Part shown: positions 28,001 through 37,800 of the stretch, piece after piece
Layout of the letters: each line of letters starts with the position of its first letter
How positions within the stretch are numbered: position 1 is the stretch's first letter
Source: an uncultured virus (IMG/VR IMGVR_UViG_3300021957_003318)
Taxonomy: Duplodnaviria > Heunggongvirae > Uroviricota > Caudoviricetes > Demerecviridae
IMG/VR virus record: IMGVR_UViG_3300021957_003318
Reading direction: 5' to 3' (one strand)
DNA: 64,000 bases
Made by a program: the position numbers and the translations under genes
Notes under the pieces: generated by a model
Databases searched by the model: none
The model's input: the letters and a program-made list of their open reading frames with translations, nothing else
What the model was told of the DNA's origin: nothing

Positions 28001-31000
28001 GTATAGATGGAACAACTGAAGCACCTGAAAGCTCAGCATTAGATTTAGCAATAACCTGGGGGCATCCGAGTACAGATAGAACGGACACAGCCGGAAATAC
28101 AATTACAAACAAATACGAATTTATAGAATCCTATGAAGTAAAACATAACTTAGGATTTACAGGGAAATTTAAGACAGAGATAATTCCTTCTACGGAAACT
28201 TCCTTCTTACTAGAAAACCCTGCACAAAAAATAGGTACGGTACTGGTAAGACTTACCAATACACAAGGTCATTTCTCAAAATGGATAAGGAGAGAAATTG
28301 ATACTTCCCTAATGGTATTAAAAATACCAACGAGTACTACTTCTAAAATTGGTGCTATAGCAACAGGTGGAGGTTTATCCACTGGGCTAAGTATCAACTC
28401 ATCAACGGGATTAGCAAGTCTTGGCAGTACAACCTATGATTTTACAAATACAGTAGGAGACCTAATAAGTGTTTCTTCAGGTAATACAGCACAAACAAGT
28501 CAAGTATTTTCAGGAGTCAGTGATGGTGGAGAAGCATTTGTAGTTCATGATTTTGATGATGCAGCAGACCCTCTTAAAGCAGTAGAGATAAAAAAAGATA
28601 CAACTGCAAGAAATCCAAATGTTGGAGATAACAATGAAATTGTATATTACAATTTTGAATATGTATCAGAGGTAGGTGCTGCTAATGCTGGACTCACACA
28701 AAAAACAGGTACAGTTTCAATCCCACAATATAGTTCAGAAGTAACAGGTAGTGGAACAAGTTTTACTACAGAATATGAAGTCGGAGATAGAATTATAATT
28801 GATACTAGTACTACTCGTTATTTTGCTACTGTTACTTCAATAGAAAGCAATACAAAATTATTCTTAGACCAGTCTGTACCAAGAAGTTATAGTAGTGTAA
28901 ATATATTTAAAACAAGTTTTATTTCAACCAACCAAGATACAGTAATAGGAAAAGTAACTAGAAGCGGAAGTACATATACTTTGGTTTCTTTCTTATCAGG
29001 AGGTACAGGAGAAGATGGTCAAGATGGTCAAGACGGTCAAGACGGTCAAGACGGTCAAGATGGACAAGATGGTCAAGATGGAACTGCAGGTGATAGAGGT
29101 AGAAAAATACAAGAGATTATTTTATACTACAAACAAACCTTTAATAATGCAAATATATCAGCTCCTTCCGCACCAAGTACAGGGACTTATAATTTTAGTA
29201 CTGGCACGGTAGCTAGTATACCTTCGGGGTGGGTAGCAGTACAACCTGAATTTGCAGTAGGAAGCATAATATTTAAATCAGAAGCTCTTGCACTCGAAAC
29301 CACATCTTTGAATGATGTCTCAGGAAGTTTAACTTGGGGTACTCCAAGTAACGCTTTTAGTCCTCAAAATGATATTAACTTTATATTTATAAGAAGTGCT
29401 AATCAACCAACTACTCCAAGTATAACAAACTTTCCTATAATACCTACAGGCTGGCATGATGATATAGCAAATGTACCTAGCGCAGCAACTCCAATATGGG
29501 TTGTAAAAGGTGTTACAGCATTTGATACTAGTGGCGGATCTTTTAGATTCAGAACTACTTGGCAGGCTGCTAATATAATTGAAGGCAGCAATGGAACAGA
29601 TGGAACAGATGGAACAGATGGAGACCCAGGAGCAGATGGAGATGATGGAGCATCAAACTTTACCGTCTTCCAAGAATCCAGTAGTCAACCTGCTACTCCA
29701 AGTGCAGGAACCCCAAATCCACCAACAAGCTCTTGGTACTCTACTCTTACTGCTGCAAGAAACGCAGTATCTGGAGATGGATTAGTATGGTTCTCTGTAG
29801 GAACAAAACCAGGAACAAGTAATACGATTACTTGGAGCGTACCTATAAGATATGTAGAAGATTATGGAAACTTAGGCGGAACAAAACCACCTGAAGATGC
29901 GAATAAATTTACACCAATTGCCGATTCCACAGAAGGTCGTTGGAGATTCTCAATAAATGATGGTAGTACAACTGATGTAGATGTTTTCTCTGACACTGAA
30001 AGAACTAAACTAGATAATTTAAGAGCAGGAACTTTGCCTGGAGGAACAGGGAGTATAGAAAGTACTACAGGTTCTCAAAGTAAAGCTACAGCAGCTCAAA
30101 CAGCCGCAGCTTCAGATGCTACTACAAAATCAGATGCAGCAGAAGCAGCAGCTAAATTACAAGAGTCTAATAACAGAGTTACATTCCCAACTGATAATAC
30201 AGAGGGAAGATTCAGTTTCCAAATAGGCGGAGGCACTGCCGTTGTAAATAATGTTTTTTCTAGTGAAGAAAGAACAAAGCTAAATAATCTAAGAGCTGGA
30301 ACTGCGCCCGGAGGAACAGGAAGTATCTTAAATTCAGGAATAGCTCTAAGTTCTGCAGGTGCTTTAACAGGAGCAGGTGGAGGAACACTAGACCTTGACG
30401 ATATAAATGATACAGGTACTACTAAAGCAGGGGCTATAAGAGCTAATGCAGGACTTAATTCTGATGGAGATGTAGACAGAGCAGTACCAGTAGGTGTAGG
30501 TGGAACAGGACAAACAAATACAAATAAATTTTTAAATAGCGGCATAGCTATTAGCCAAGGAAACTCTGGTGTATTTACACTAACAAAAGGAGATGGTACA
30601 ACTGATACCACTACTATAACAAAAGGTAAACTAGGACTTTCATATACAGACGGTGCTGACATTACAGGGAATAATACAGCAAATAATGTATCAAATGTAG
30701 GTACTCAGACTGTAGCAAACGCCCAACAAGCTGTTATAGCAGCTAACGCAGGTTTAACTACTGATGGAGATGTTAATAGAGCAGTCCCTACAGGTAAGGG
30801 TGGTACTGGTCAAACAGCTACAAATAAATTCTTAAATAGTGACTTAGGAATTACCTTAGACGGTACTAATATTACACTTACAAAAGCAGGAGATACTAAC
30901 TCAACGGACACAGTACCTACTGCACTTAAAAACTCTAATATAGCAATTAATGGTAGCGGACAGCTAACTGGTATTGGTACCGGGGTAAATACTGTTATAT

Positions 31001-31974
31001 CAAACACTAAGATAGTAGCAGCTGACATAGGTGGCTCCGGAAAAGCATTCGCAGTTTTACCAGCTTCAGGAGCTACAGTAGGTGCGGTATTAGGTACTAA
31101 CCTTAAAGCATCTAACGGTACAACTACATTAGGCGACGATGACGTTAAAAACGACAGTCTTGACATAGATACAAACGGTACATCTATAAGAATTAAGAAA
31201 GGCTCAACAGTCATACAATCAACTACTCTTGACAAAGGTAGTGTTGGACTAACTAATTTAAATTCACTTGAAACTGGTTCAGGAACTAAACTGAGTGGTA
31301 TAGCAACAGGAGCTACAGTAGGTGCAGTTTTAGGCACTAATCTTAAAGCAGCTAATGGTACAACTACATTAGGAGACGATGATGTTAAAAACGCTTCTTT
31401 AGATGTAGCCATATCAGGAACAGCAATTAAATTAAAAATTGGAAGTACTGAAACTTCAACTGTAAGTGCTACTCAAGCTCTCGTTGGATTAAGTGGAGTA
31501 TCTAATAACGCCGACCAAACAAGTAGTAATACTGCTGCAGATGTTACTAATGTAAACGGTACAGCAGCCTCAACAGTGAAGGCAGGAGCTGTAAGAGCTA
31601 ATGCAGGACTTAATTCTGATGGAGATGTTAATAGAACAGTCCCTGTAGGAGTAGGCGGAACAGGTCAAACAGCTACAAATAAATTCTTAAATAGTGATAT
31701 TGGTATTGCTATGGATGGAACTAATGTAACTATAACCAAAGCGGGAGATACTAACTCAGCTGTTGCTATTCCATCCACACTCAAAAATTCAAGTGTAACA
31801 TTATCAGCTTCAGGTGTACTATCGGGAGGAGGAAGTTCAGCACAGATAAATGTAGGAAGCATAGCAAACTCACCATTTGATACATCAGGAAATGTAGACA
31901 CAGGGGAAACAATAACAGTTGGTTCCAAATTTACAATAGATAGAAATAACGAAAGGATATTAATAGAAGACTAA
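25036..31974 (+). CDS. Central tail fibre / host-specificity protein (lambda gpJ-like) with repeat-rich C-terminal extension
   Basis: DLISEGPIEGL, RGLKV.VP, WDGNF, NNPAW, GCGE, DKYALF.IARYCDELVP, EPRF, AFGCTSRAQA.R.GKW; 2312 aa. Confidence 0.92.
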   Translation: MRNINKNGTAASSPVGVTRNRRRSPNQEQSVIVYDLISEGPIEGLINGASSIYLDTTQVLNNAYKTSHNPKQSFDVSYNASTNTITDNTGSSMFSGYNSSNGSYKVRIEEAKKTISGISITAGSKTVTSSGGFATNDVSKAYVSGQYLRIKEGGPNKTTLVCKITKYTSATSVEIDRMAEITASSLAGTIDLCGTVSSTSNANTAVITPDTGGDRTVANTAAYMDSPSSVAEYQATNFNYNFDNVTYGFKTGERSQSYVGTAADTGNASVIANISKTLTTTDLSGIGVSNNFNSYGYSTSGDETATWTANPIFITSTQMNVSTQKSAVDRLKLTFQYDNMHAIKSKNGREWPSMIEHRIYLRYKNPGDANFTEDLLYGPTDSQLLARPSNKRVHGWTYTSSGTVEAYCKNPFVEVFDINLEPYQPLEDYEIKLETITPINREHGETTHYNSGRLASIESVINDKLSYPLAAYGQMMFNASDFGNVPERGYHARGLKVMVPTNYSPNHEGYEGSPAQYTRNITTGAVGSDYVAWDGNFRGDTDVFDATSPNFEKVYSNNPAWVFYDIMTNDRYGCGEYIDASDIDKYALFKIARYCDELVPNGEGGTEPRFTANVWFTEQAEAMKVAQDMLSIFRGMMTWVNGQITIEQNRERSPIAAFNKGNVLGGSFSYQSTRNRFRYNQVNVTWNDPKAFYKKTVEIVEDYDNIVETRQIKKKDVVAFGCTSRAQAVRYGKWHLFTDQMETDVVTFQVGLEGVNLSSGDVITVADADRNNLRFGGRTLANSTTTNIKVDSSLDLSNTATFFMEVVFPEGGAYLQQDTATIRGASRKRGDFIQYANNVAGSNTALTSEAIMINAVDDSDNKLDLVWSGETRVERQEVSSYNSTSVTVASAFTSAPATHSIWAIIELDADGQMVHGSAKEYMIQNIKEDDQDPIFAISAVEYNRKKFSLVDRGYVIEDLPETTRMPRYTENVPFPTDVVLKAVPHQQESIDGTTEAPESSALDLAITWGHPSTDRTDTAGNTITNKYEFIESYEVKHNLGFTGKFKTEIIPSTETSFLLENPAQKIGTVLVRLTNTQGHFSKWIRREIDTSLMVLKIPTSTTSKIGAIATGGGLSTGLSINSSTGLASLGSTTYDFTNTVGDLISVSSGNTAQTSQVFSGVSDGGEAFVVHDFDDAADPLKAVEIKKDTTARNPNVGDNNEIVYYNFEYVSEVGAANAGLTQKTGTVSIPQYSSEVTGSGTSFTTEYEVGDRIIIDTSTTRYFATVTSIESNTKLFLDQSVPRSYSSVNIFKTSFISTNQDTVIGKVTRSGSTYTLVSFLSGGTGEDGQDGQDGQDGQDGQDGQDGQDGTAGDRGRKIQEIILYYKQTFNNANISAPSAPSTGTYNFSTGTVASIPSGWVAVQPEFAVGSIIFKSEALALETTSLNDVSGSLTWGTPSNAFSPQNDINFIFIRSANQPTTPSITNFPIIPTGWHDDIANVPSAATPIWVVKGVTAFDTSGGSFRFRTTWQAANIIEGSNGTDGTDGTDGDPGADGDDGASNFTVFQESSSQPATPSAGTPNPPTSSWYSTLTAARNAVSGDGLVWFSVGTKPGTSNTITWSVPIRYVEDYGNLGGTKPPEDANKFTPIADSTEGRWRFSINDGSTTDVDVFSDTERTKLDNLRAGTLPGGTGSIESTTGSQSKATAAQTAAASDATTKSDAAEAAAKLQESNNRVTFPTDNTEGRFSFQIGGGTAVVNNVFSSEERTKLNNLRAGTAPGGTGSILNSGIALSSAGALTGAGGGTLDLDDINDTGTTKAGAIRANAGLNSDGDVDRAVPVGVGGTGQTNTNKFLNSGIAISQGNSGVFTLTKGDGTTDTTTITKGKLGLSYTDGADITGNNTANNVSNVGTQTVANAQQAVIAANAGLTTDGDVNRAVPTGKGGTGQTATNKFLNSDLGITLDGTNITLTKAGDTNSTDTVPTALKNSNIAINGSGQLTGIGTGVNTVISNTKIVAADIGGSGKAFAVLPASGATVGAVLGTNLKASNGTTTLGDDDVKNDSLDIDTNGTSIRIKKGSTVIQSTTLDKGSVGLTNLNSLETGSGTKLSGIATGATVGAVLGTNLKAANGTTTLGDDDVKNASLDVAISGTAIKLKIGSTETSTVSATQALVGLSGVSNNADQTSSNTAADVTNVNGTAASTVKAGAVRANAGLNSDGDVNRTVPVGVGGTGQTATNKFLNSDIGIAMDGTNVTITKAGDTNSAVAIPSTLKNSSVTLSASGVLSGGGSSAQINVGSIANSPFDTSGNVDTGETITVGSKFTIDRNNERILIED
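29008..29106 (+). repeat. Collagen-like G-X-Y repeat (GED, GQD x7, GTA, GDR, GRK) inside gpJ
   Basis: 9-nt tandem GGTCAAGAY repeats. A second G-X-Y run (GTD x3 etc.) lies at about 29584-29655. Confidence 0.9.
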
Positions 31975-33275
31975 TGGGAAACAATACAATATTAGGTAAA
32001 TTAAGAACTCAACATACTGTTACTGCAAAAGGAAATAGTAATGGCACTAGTGCATATTTAAATGTAACTAACCCAGAAAGTATACTTGTCGGTAGCAGTA
32101 TGAGTATAGATGGAGTAAACCAAGTAAATCATACAGGCCACTATGGTGGTGGAGTTTATGGACTATACTATACAGTTAGAGGTAAACATGACACAAGTTC
32201 AGGGACTAGTTATGATGTAAGATTAAATTACACAATTGCAAATAGTTTTTTAGCAGTAGGAGATACTGTATATTTTGATTACGATACTTATGGCTTAAAA
32301 ATAGCAAAGAAAAATGCTGATGTTACAACTGCAGGGCCAAAAGATACTATATTTGATAGTAGAATAAGAAGAAGAGGTGTAGTATATGGAACAGGTTTTC
32401 AATCTTCTTTAGGTTCATCAGGAATTGATTTCAAAGGCAGCAAAGATACTTTAGGGTATATTCCTTTAGTTGTTTCTTCAGAAGCAAACGAAGGTGACTT
32501 TGAATATGACGGAGACGGTGATGAGGAAGATGCTTTTTACACAAGTCTGAGAAATTCACTAGAATTTACTGAAACACATATTTATCCTGCAGAGGAAGGT
32601 GACAATAGTTATGATGGAGATATACATCCCACAGTCAGAACAAGAACAACAGGTAATGCTGTTACAGATTTAAGTTTTAAAGTATTAAGAATACCCTGTG
32701 CATATGGATATATGACAGATACTTATTTTGCAAATCCTCAAACTACAACAGATACAAGCAGAGGATTAGTTGGGGGCGGAAGAGAAATAAAAGACAAGAA
32801 AAGAGTACTGCAAGGCAAGCTAACAAATTCAACAGCAGGATATAGTAGTAAAGGTGGATTATTTGTATCTAGAGCAGGTACAGATATTGATAGTTGTGGA
32901 CTAGATGATATTTTGTTAACTGTAGATGATGGAAAAGGAGCTACAGGGTATAGAGGAGAGGAGCAAAAATTTGCACTCAACTATGATGCAGTTATAGCAG
33001 GTACAGCACTTCCTTCTACAAGTATAACAACAAGTGTTAATACTTCTACTACTCAAACTTTTACATTAAGTATGTTTAATCCATATACATTCAGCCCTAT
33101 TGCTTTTTCAGGAATAACAACAAGTGCAGCTTCTAGTTCAGAAGTAACAACTAGTGTAAGTAATCTAGCAGGACTTACTTCCAATATTACGTATACACTA
33201 AGTGCAAGTTCAGGAAGTTTTGATTTATTTGCTTCCGCAGAAAAACAGAACTTTACAACATTGAGTTTATTTTAA
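31974..33275 (+). CDS. Tail tip/fibre-associated structural protein
   Basis: Follows gpJ; two GL.(I/V)(A/S).....D motifs; S/T-rich C-terminus. Confidence 0.6.
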   Translation: MGNNTILGKLRTQHTVTAKGNSNGTSAYLNVTNPESILVGSSMSIDGVNQVNHTGHYGGGVYGLYYTVRGKHDTSSGTSYDVRLNYTIANSFLAVGDTVYFDYDTYGLKIAKKNADVTTAGPKDTIFDSRIRRRGVVYGTGFQSSLGSSGIDFKGSKDTLGYIPLVVSSEANEGDFEYDGDGDEEDAFYTSLRNSLEFTETHIYPAEEGDNSYDGDIHPTVRTRTTGNAVTDLSFKVLRIPCAYGYMTDTYFANPQTTTDTSRGLVGGGREIKDKKRVLQGKLTNSTAGYSSKGGLFVSRAGTDIDSCGLDDILLTVDDGKGATGYRGEEQKFALNYDAVIAGTALPSTSITTSVNTSTTQTFTLSMFNPYTFSPIAFSGITTSAASSSEVTTSVSNLAGLTSNITYTLSASSGSFDLFASAEKQNFTTLSLF

Positions 33276-33276
33276 G

Positions 33277-34206
33277 ATGGGAAGAGTAGTATTAGGAAAA
33301 AGGTCACAACCAACAACTGTTAGTGATGGAACAACAACTGTAAATGTCACACGAGTAGAGTATGATTACATAGATGCAGGTGGATTCTATATAGTAAAAG
33401 CTATATTAAGTTTACAATCAACAGCAAGTTTTAGTGGAAATGTAACTGTAACTATGCCAGATGGAACTACTTATGTAGAAGATGATTATACATATCAAGC
33501 AACTGGTAACTATCAACCTTACTACGGTAGTAGTGCTCAACCTCCGGGAGGAGTAAATGGGCCTATGATTAGGTTAAATGACTATGGACAAACGCAGTTT
33601 AATAGTACCCCTATAGTAATAGGAAGTCCTACTTTATCTCGGGGAACTTTTGTTTCAGGTATAAATACAGGAAGTGGTGCGGGAACTAATGCAAGTCCTT
33701 ACGCTTCAGCAAATGTAGTAGCAACGAATGCTCAAGGTCAATTAGAAGCTACTTCTTTTGATGGAGGAGCACACATAGGGGGAGGTTTACAATCTTACTC
33801 TTGGCATCAAGGCACTTTAAGTATAACAGGAGGAAGTGCTACTACAGATGTAGCTACTACTATAAATCACGAATGGGGTACTAATTCTGGAGCAGCTACA
33901 GCAGCAAGACCTGCTTATGCATTACGTTGGTCCCATTCTACAGATATAACTAGCGGAGTCGCTACTAGATGTTTTCCACCTATGGAAGTTTATAGCGATG
34001 GAGAAATATATGAAGAAGAGGAAGGCGAAGAAGAGTTAATAGCAGAATGGAATGATGGATTTCATATATATGGAGAGCATATAGACAAAGACAATATAAA
34101 AGTAGAACTTGAAGCTTACGATATAGACGGAGGTAGAGCAACTACAATATATTGGGCATTAATAATATTTTTTGAAGAAGATTATACAGGAGGAAAAAGT
34201 ATATGA
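33277..34206 (+). CDS. Tail-associated structural protein
   Basis: MGRVVLGKR start resembles the upstream gene; G/S/T rich. Confidence 0.55.
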   Translation: MGRVVLGKRSQPTTVSDGTTTVNVTRVEYDYIDAGGFYIVKAILSLQSTASFSGNVTVTMPDGTTYVEDDYTYQATGNYQPYYGSSAQPPGGVNGPMIRLNDYGQTQFNSTPIVIGSPTLSRGTFVSGINTGSGAGTNASPYASANVVATNAQGQLEATSFDGGAHIGGGLQSYSWHQGTLSITGGSATTDVATTINHEWGTNSGAATAARPAYALRWSHSTDITSGVATRCFPPMEVYSDGEIYEEEEGEEELIAEWNDGFHIYGEHIDKDNIKVELEAYDIDGGRATTIYWALIIFFEEDYTGGKSI

Positions 34207-34619
34207 TATGGAACATATTTTATCAATCAGATAAACAAATAGCGTGGACTTCGACAGGAGGAGTAAACGAGGATATAATAGCAGGAGAACTTGAGAGAGG
34301 CTTTAGTCATATAGCTGTAGAACAAGACGACCATATAGACGCAAGTACTAATATGGTAAATTCTACAGAAGATGGTATAGTAGCAAAGAGTACATTTGAT
34401 CCTACATTTAACACTACCACTCCTGCATTAGAAGGAACTGTAGGCATTACAGGATTAGTTGTAGGAACAAAAGTATACATAGATAATGTACTAAAAGCAA
34501 CTATGACTGATACTACATTAAATTTAACTTTTAACGACCCAGGCACTTTTATGTTAAAATTACAAAAGTTTGATTATCTAGACTATACTAAAAAGATAAC
34601 AACAGCGAGACAATCATGA
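34203..34619 (+). CDS. Hypothetical tail-associated protein
   Basis: ATGA overlaps; beta-rich C-terminus. Confidence 0.6.
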   Translation: MIWNIFYQSDKQIAWTSTGGVNEDIIAGELERGFSHIAVEQDDHIDASTNMVNSTEDGIVAKSTFDPTFNTTTPALEGTVGITGLVVGTKVYIDNVLKATMTDTTLNLTFNDPGTFMLKLQKFDYLDYTKKITTARQS

Positions 34620-34804
34620 CAGATATAACAATTACAACAACAGAAAACTCTACTGATAAAAGAGCAAAGTATTATTCTATGCTTAATGAACAACTAGATA
34701 AATTATATCACGATATTGATTCTGGAAAGTTTGGTGATACAGCAAAAACTGGACAATTTTATTTAGCTAGGAAAGCAGTTAAAGACAAATTCCCGAACTC
34801 GTAG
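34616..34804 (+). CDS. Small fibre-assembly-like protein
   Basis: RA..Y....EQLDKLYHDI...VKDKFP motif common beside marine phage fibres. Confidence 0.7.
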   Translation: MTDITITTTENSTDKRAKYYSMLNEQLDKLYHDIDSGKFGDTAKTGQFYLARKAVKDKFPNS

Positions 34805-34823
34805 GTCAAGCATATACCCCTCA

Positions 34824-34862
34824 AAAATAGTTCTTGACACCACCTCAAGTTTTTGATATAAT
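34824..34862 (+). promoter_or_regulatory. Sigma70-type promoter for fibre cassette
   Basis: AAAATAGTTC-TTGACA(34834-34839)-17 bp-TATAAT(34857-34862), TG extension; AGGAG SD follows. Confidence 0.88.
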
Positions 34863-34882
34863 TTAGCATATAGGAGTACAAT

Positions 34883-35224
34883 ATGGCAGCAGGAAAATAT
34901 GATATAGTTATTGACCAGGGAGCGGATTTCGCCCTTGAAATTGCACTTGCAGAAGATGGAAGTCCAATAGTTTTAACTAGCAATCACGTAGCAACAGCAC
35001 AGTTGCGACCTACCCCCACATCAAGCACTCTTACAGCAACATTTACATGTACTATTACTAGCGGATCCCAAGGCAAATTAAATATGGCTATGGGGCATGC
35101 CGTTACAAGTAACGTAGCTGCAGGTAAATACTATTATGATTTAGAATTGCAAAATACATCAGCAGATAGTATTACAAGAATAATCGAGGGGGTAGCAAGA
35201 GTTACTCCAAATGTAACAAGATAA
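34883..35224 (+). CDS. Fibre collar/adaptor protein (T5 p132/BppU-like beta sandwich)
   Basis: IVIDQGADF...GKYYYDLE...RIIEG...PNVT. Confidence 0.72.
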   Translation: MAAGKYDIVIDQGADFALEIALAEDGSPIVLTSNHVATAQLRPTPTSSTLTATFTCTITSGSQGKLNMAMGHAVTSNVAAGKYYYDLELQNTSADSITRIIEGVARVTPNVTR

Positions 35225-35604
35225 TGGCAACAACAGTAACTATAACTCCTAAAACTAGCGCTATAACTGCCACCTCTAATACTACCACCCTTACTATTTC
35301 TTCAGCAGTAGCCGCAGCACTCAGTGATGCGTCGGGGATAACTCTTTCCTCACCGTCAGGTACTCTTGTAGGCACAAACAATGTCGAAGATGCACTAAAT
35401 TTTTTAGCAGACCAATTTCATGTTGCTACAACGGCTCCATCAGCAGACCTTGCAAACTTAGCTGAAGGAGATTTATTTTATGACACTGATGATAATCAGT
35501 TAAAGATCTACCGAGAAATAACAAGTGGAAACTTTGAATTTGTCCCTATAATGATAGGTAACAATTCAGCGGACTCAGACACGGTAGACGCAGGGAGCTT
35601 TTAA
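35224..35604 (+). CDS. Fibre-associated structural protein
   Basis: NVEDAL, AP....EGDLFYDT..NQLKIY, DAGSF end motif. Confidence 0.65.
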   Translation: MATTVTITPKTSAITATSNTTTLTISSAVAAALSDASGITLSSPSGTLVGTNNVEDALNFLADQFHVATTAPSADLANLAEGDLFYDTDDNQLKIYREITSGNFEFVPIMIGNNSADSDTVDAGSF

Positions 35605-35624
35605 TAGCTCGATAGGAAATAATC

Positions 35625-37250
35625 ATGGCACAAACCATTAAAATCAAAAGAAGTAGCTCCTCCGCTGCTCCTACCTCATTAGGTGCTGGTGAATTAGCAT
35701 ATTCTTCTAATTCGCAAAAGCTATTTGTAGGCTCACCGGCAGTCGGTAACGCAGTAACAACAATCGGAGGAGATTTGTATGTTGCAATGCTTGACCATTC
35801 AGCAGGTACTTTAACAGCTAGTTCAGCTATATTAGTAGGCTCAGACAGTAAGATTGATCAGTTAAAAACTGGTTCTACTGTAATCACAGGTGCTAATAAT
35901 ACTATTGCTACTACCTCAGCTACTTTTGAATTAAAAACAGTAACAAGCGGAAACTTAACAATAAATTCTGCGGCAGATTTAATTCTAAAACATGGCGGTA
36001 CTCTAAATCTAGCAACTCAAGCCAACTCAATAACAATTTTAGATGATAACGCAGCAGCGTTAGATATCAATGAAGGCGGAACATCTTACATTAAATTAGT
36101 AACTACTAACGGTGGTGAAAAGATACAATTTGGTAAAAATGTAGATTTAAATGGTACTTTAGATGTATCAGGTTCTGCTACTGTTAACTCTTTAAGTTCT
36201 AATACTTCAATAGCCGCAACAGGTAATCTAACAGTTAATACTAACAAGTTCTCTGTAGTAGGTGGAACTGGTAATACAATTATAGCAGGAACACTCAACG
36301 GTCAAGGCAATGTAGACTTTGATTCCAATTTAAACGTAGATGGAAACACAACTTTAAATGGAAACGTTACTTTAGGTAACGCAGGTGGAGACACTATAAC
36401 AGTTACGGGTACTTCAACATTTACAGAATCAGCAGACTTTGATGGAGGCTTAACAATAGCTGGGTCACAGACTGTAGACGCAGGTGGAAACAAAATCCTA
36501 AACGTAGGAACTCCTGTAAGCACAACAGATGCAGCAAATAAAGGATATGTAGATGCAGTAAAACAAGCACTAGATATTAAAGATTCAGTAAGAGCAACAA
36601 CAACAGCTAATTTAGCAGCAGCTTACAACAACGGTACAAACGGTGTAGGAGCTACTTTAACAGGAGACTCTAATGGAGCAATAGCTGTAGATGGCGTATC
36701 ACCTACAACTGGCGATAGAATACTTGTTAAAAATCAGACTGCAACAGCACAAAATGGTATTTATACAGTAACTACAGTAGGTAGTGGATCAGCAGTTTTT
36801 GTACTAACAAGAGCAACCGATAACGATTCATCAGCACGTATGACAGGCGGTTGTTTTACTTTCATCGAAGAAGGGTCAGTAAATGCAGATGCAGGATTTG
36901 TACTATCAAACGTAACAGGTTCAGCAACACTAGGTACAACTGGTTTAGGATTTACACAGTTCTCAGGAGCTGGTAGTGTTACTGCAGGAGACGGTCTTGG
37001 AAAATCAGGAAACACACTATCCGTAAATGTTGATGATACTACAATTGAAATAGCTTCAGATACTTTAAGATTAAAAGGAGTAAGCGCATTACCAGAAGGA
37101 GTACTATTATATGGTGCTAATACAGGTGGTTCATTCGCTTCTTTATCAATAGGAACATACGACTCAACAAATGCAGTAGGACAAATTCTACAAGTTGGGG
37201 CAAACGGAACAATAGCGTGGTCTAATAGCATAGACGGGGGCACATTCTAA
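35625..37250 (+). CDS. Side tail fibre protein
   Basis: IKIKRS...P..L..GELA N-terminus, DAANKGYVD, GDRILVKNQT...NGIY, IDGGTF end. Confidence 0.8.
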   Translation: MAQTIKIKRSSSSAAPTSLGAGELAYSSNSQKLFVGSPAVGNAVTTIGGDLYVAMLDHSAGTLTASSAILVGSDSKIDQLKTGSTVITGANNTIATTSATFELKTVTSGNLTINSAADLILKHGGTLNLATQANSITILDDNAAALDINEGGTSYIKLVTTNGGEKIQFGKNVDLNGTLDVSGSATVNSLSSNTSIAATGNLTVNTNKFSVVGGTGNTIIAGTLNGQGNVDFDSNLNVDGNTTLNGNVTLGNAGGDTITVTGTSTFTESADFDGGLTIAGSQTVDAGGNKILNVGTPVSTTDAANKGYVDAVKQALDIKDSVRATTTANLAAAYNNGTNGVGATLTGDSNGAIAVDGVSPTTGDRILVKNQTATAQNGIYTVTTVGSGSAVFVLTRATDNDSSARMTGGCFTFIEEGSVNADAGFVLSNVTGSATLGTTGLGFTQFSGAGSVTAGDGLGKSGNTLSVNVDDTTIEIASDTLRLKGVSALPEGVLLYGANTGGSFASLSIGTYDSTNAVGQILQVGANGTIAWSNSIDGGTF

Positions 37251-37252
37251 GA

Positions 37253-37462
37253 ATGGCTCAAGTTATTAAACCAAAAAGGTCAGAGACAACAAACTCAGTG
37301 CCACAGACAAATGATTTACAAACTCATGAAATCGCTATGAATGTGGCTGACCAAAGAATTTATACAAAGAAAGCAGATGGCACAGTAGTAATACTAGCCA
37401 GTCATGTAGAAGGAGCGTTAACAGCAGACGACCTCGTAGCTTTCTCAATAGCATTAGGATAA
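37253..37462 (+). CDS. Small fibre-module protein
   Basis: KPKRS....P...L..HEIA.N..D N-terminus; ends AFSIALG. Confidence 0.7.
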   Translation: MAQVIKPKRSETTNSVPQTNDLQTHEIAMNVADQRIYTKKADGTVVILASHVEGALTADDLVAFSIALG

Positions 37463-37466
37463 TATT

Positions 37467-37799
37467 ATGGCATCAGCATTTAAAACAGAAACAGCAGTAG
37501 ATATAGGCACAGGATTAACCTCTGTGTATACCTGTCCAAATAGCACAACAACAACACTTATAGGATTATATATTTGCAATGTTGCAGGAGCAGACATTAC
37601 AGCAACTGTTCAATTGTTTAATGCAAGTGCCAATCATCACGCCTCAATAGTAAATGGAGTAGAAATACCTGCGGGTTCAACACTAGCTCCAATAGGTGGT
37701 GATGCAAAAGTCGTTTTAGAAGCAGGTGACATTATAAAGTGTCTATCAAACACGACAAGTTCAATAGACATAGTTCTATCGTATTTGGAGCAAACATAA
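37467..37799 (+). CDS. Small beta-sandwich structural protein
   Basis: MASAFK...VYTCP..TTTT.IG...KVVLEAGD...SYLE, a pattern common in marine phage fibre modules. Confidence 0.7.
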   Translation: MASAFKTETAVDIGTGLTSVYTCPNSTTTTLIGLYICNVAGADITATVQLFNASANHHASIVNGVEIPAGSTLAPIGGDAKVVLEAGDIIKCLSNTTSSIDIVLSYLEQT

Positions 37800-37800
37800 A

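Noticed and set aside
29930..31750. Duplicated segments in gpJ as DGR template/variable repeats
   Set aside because: Differences in the pair compared are mostly third-position changes, not adenine-specific. All copies are in frame in one gene, and there is no reverse transcriptase in the window.
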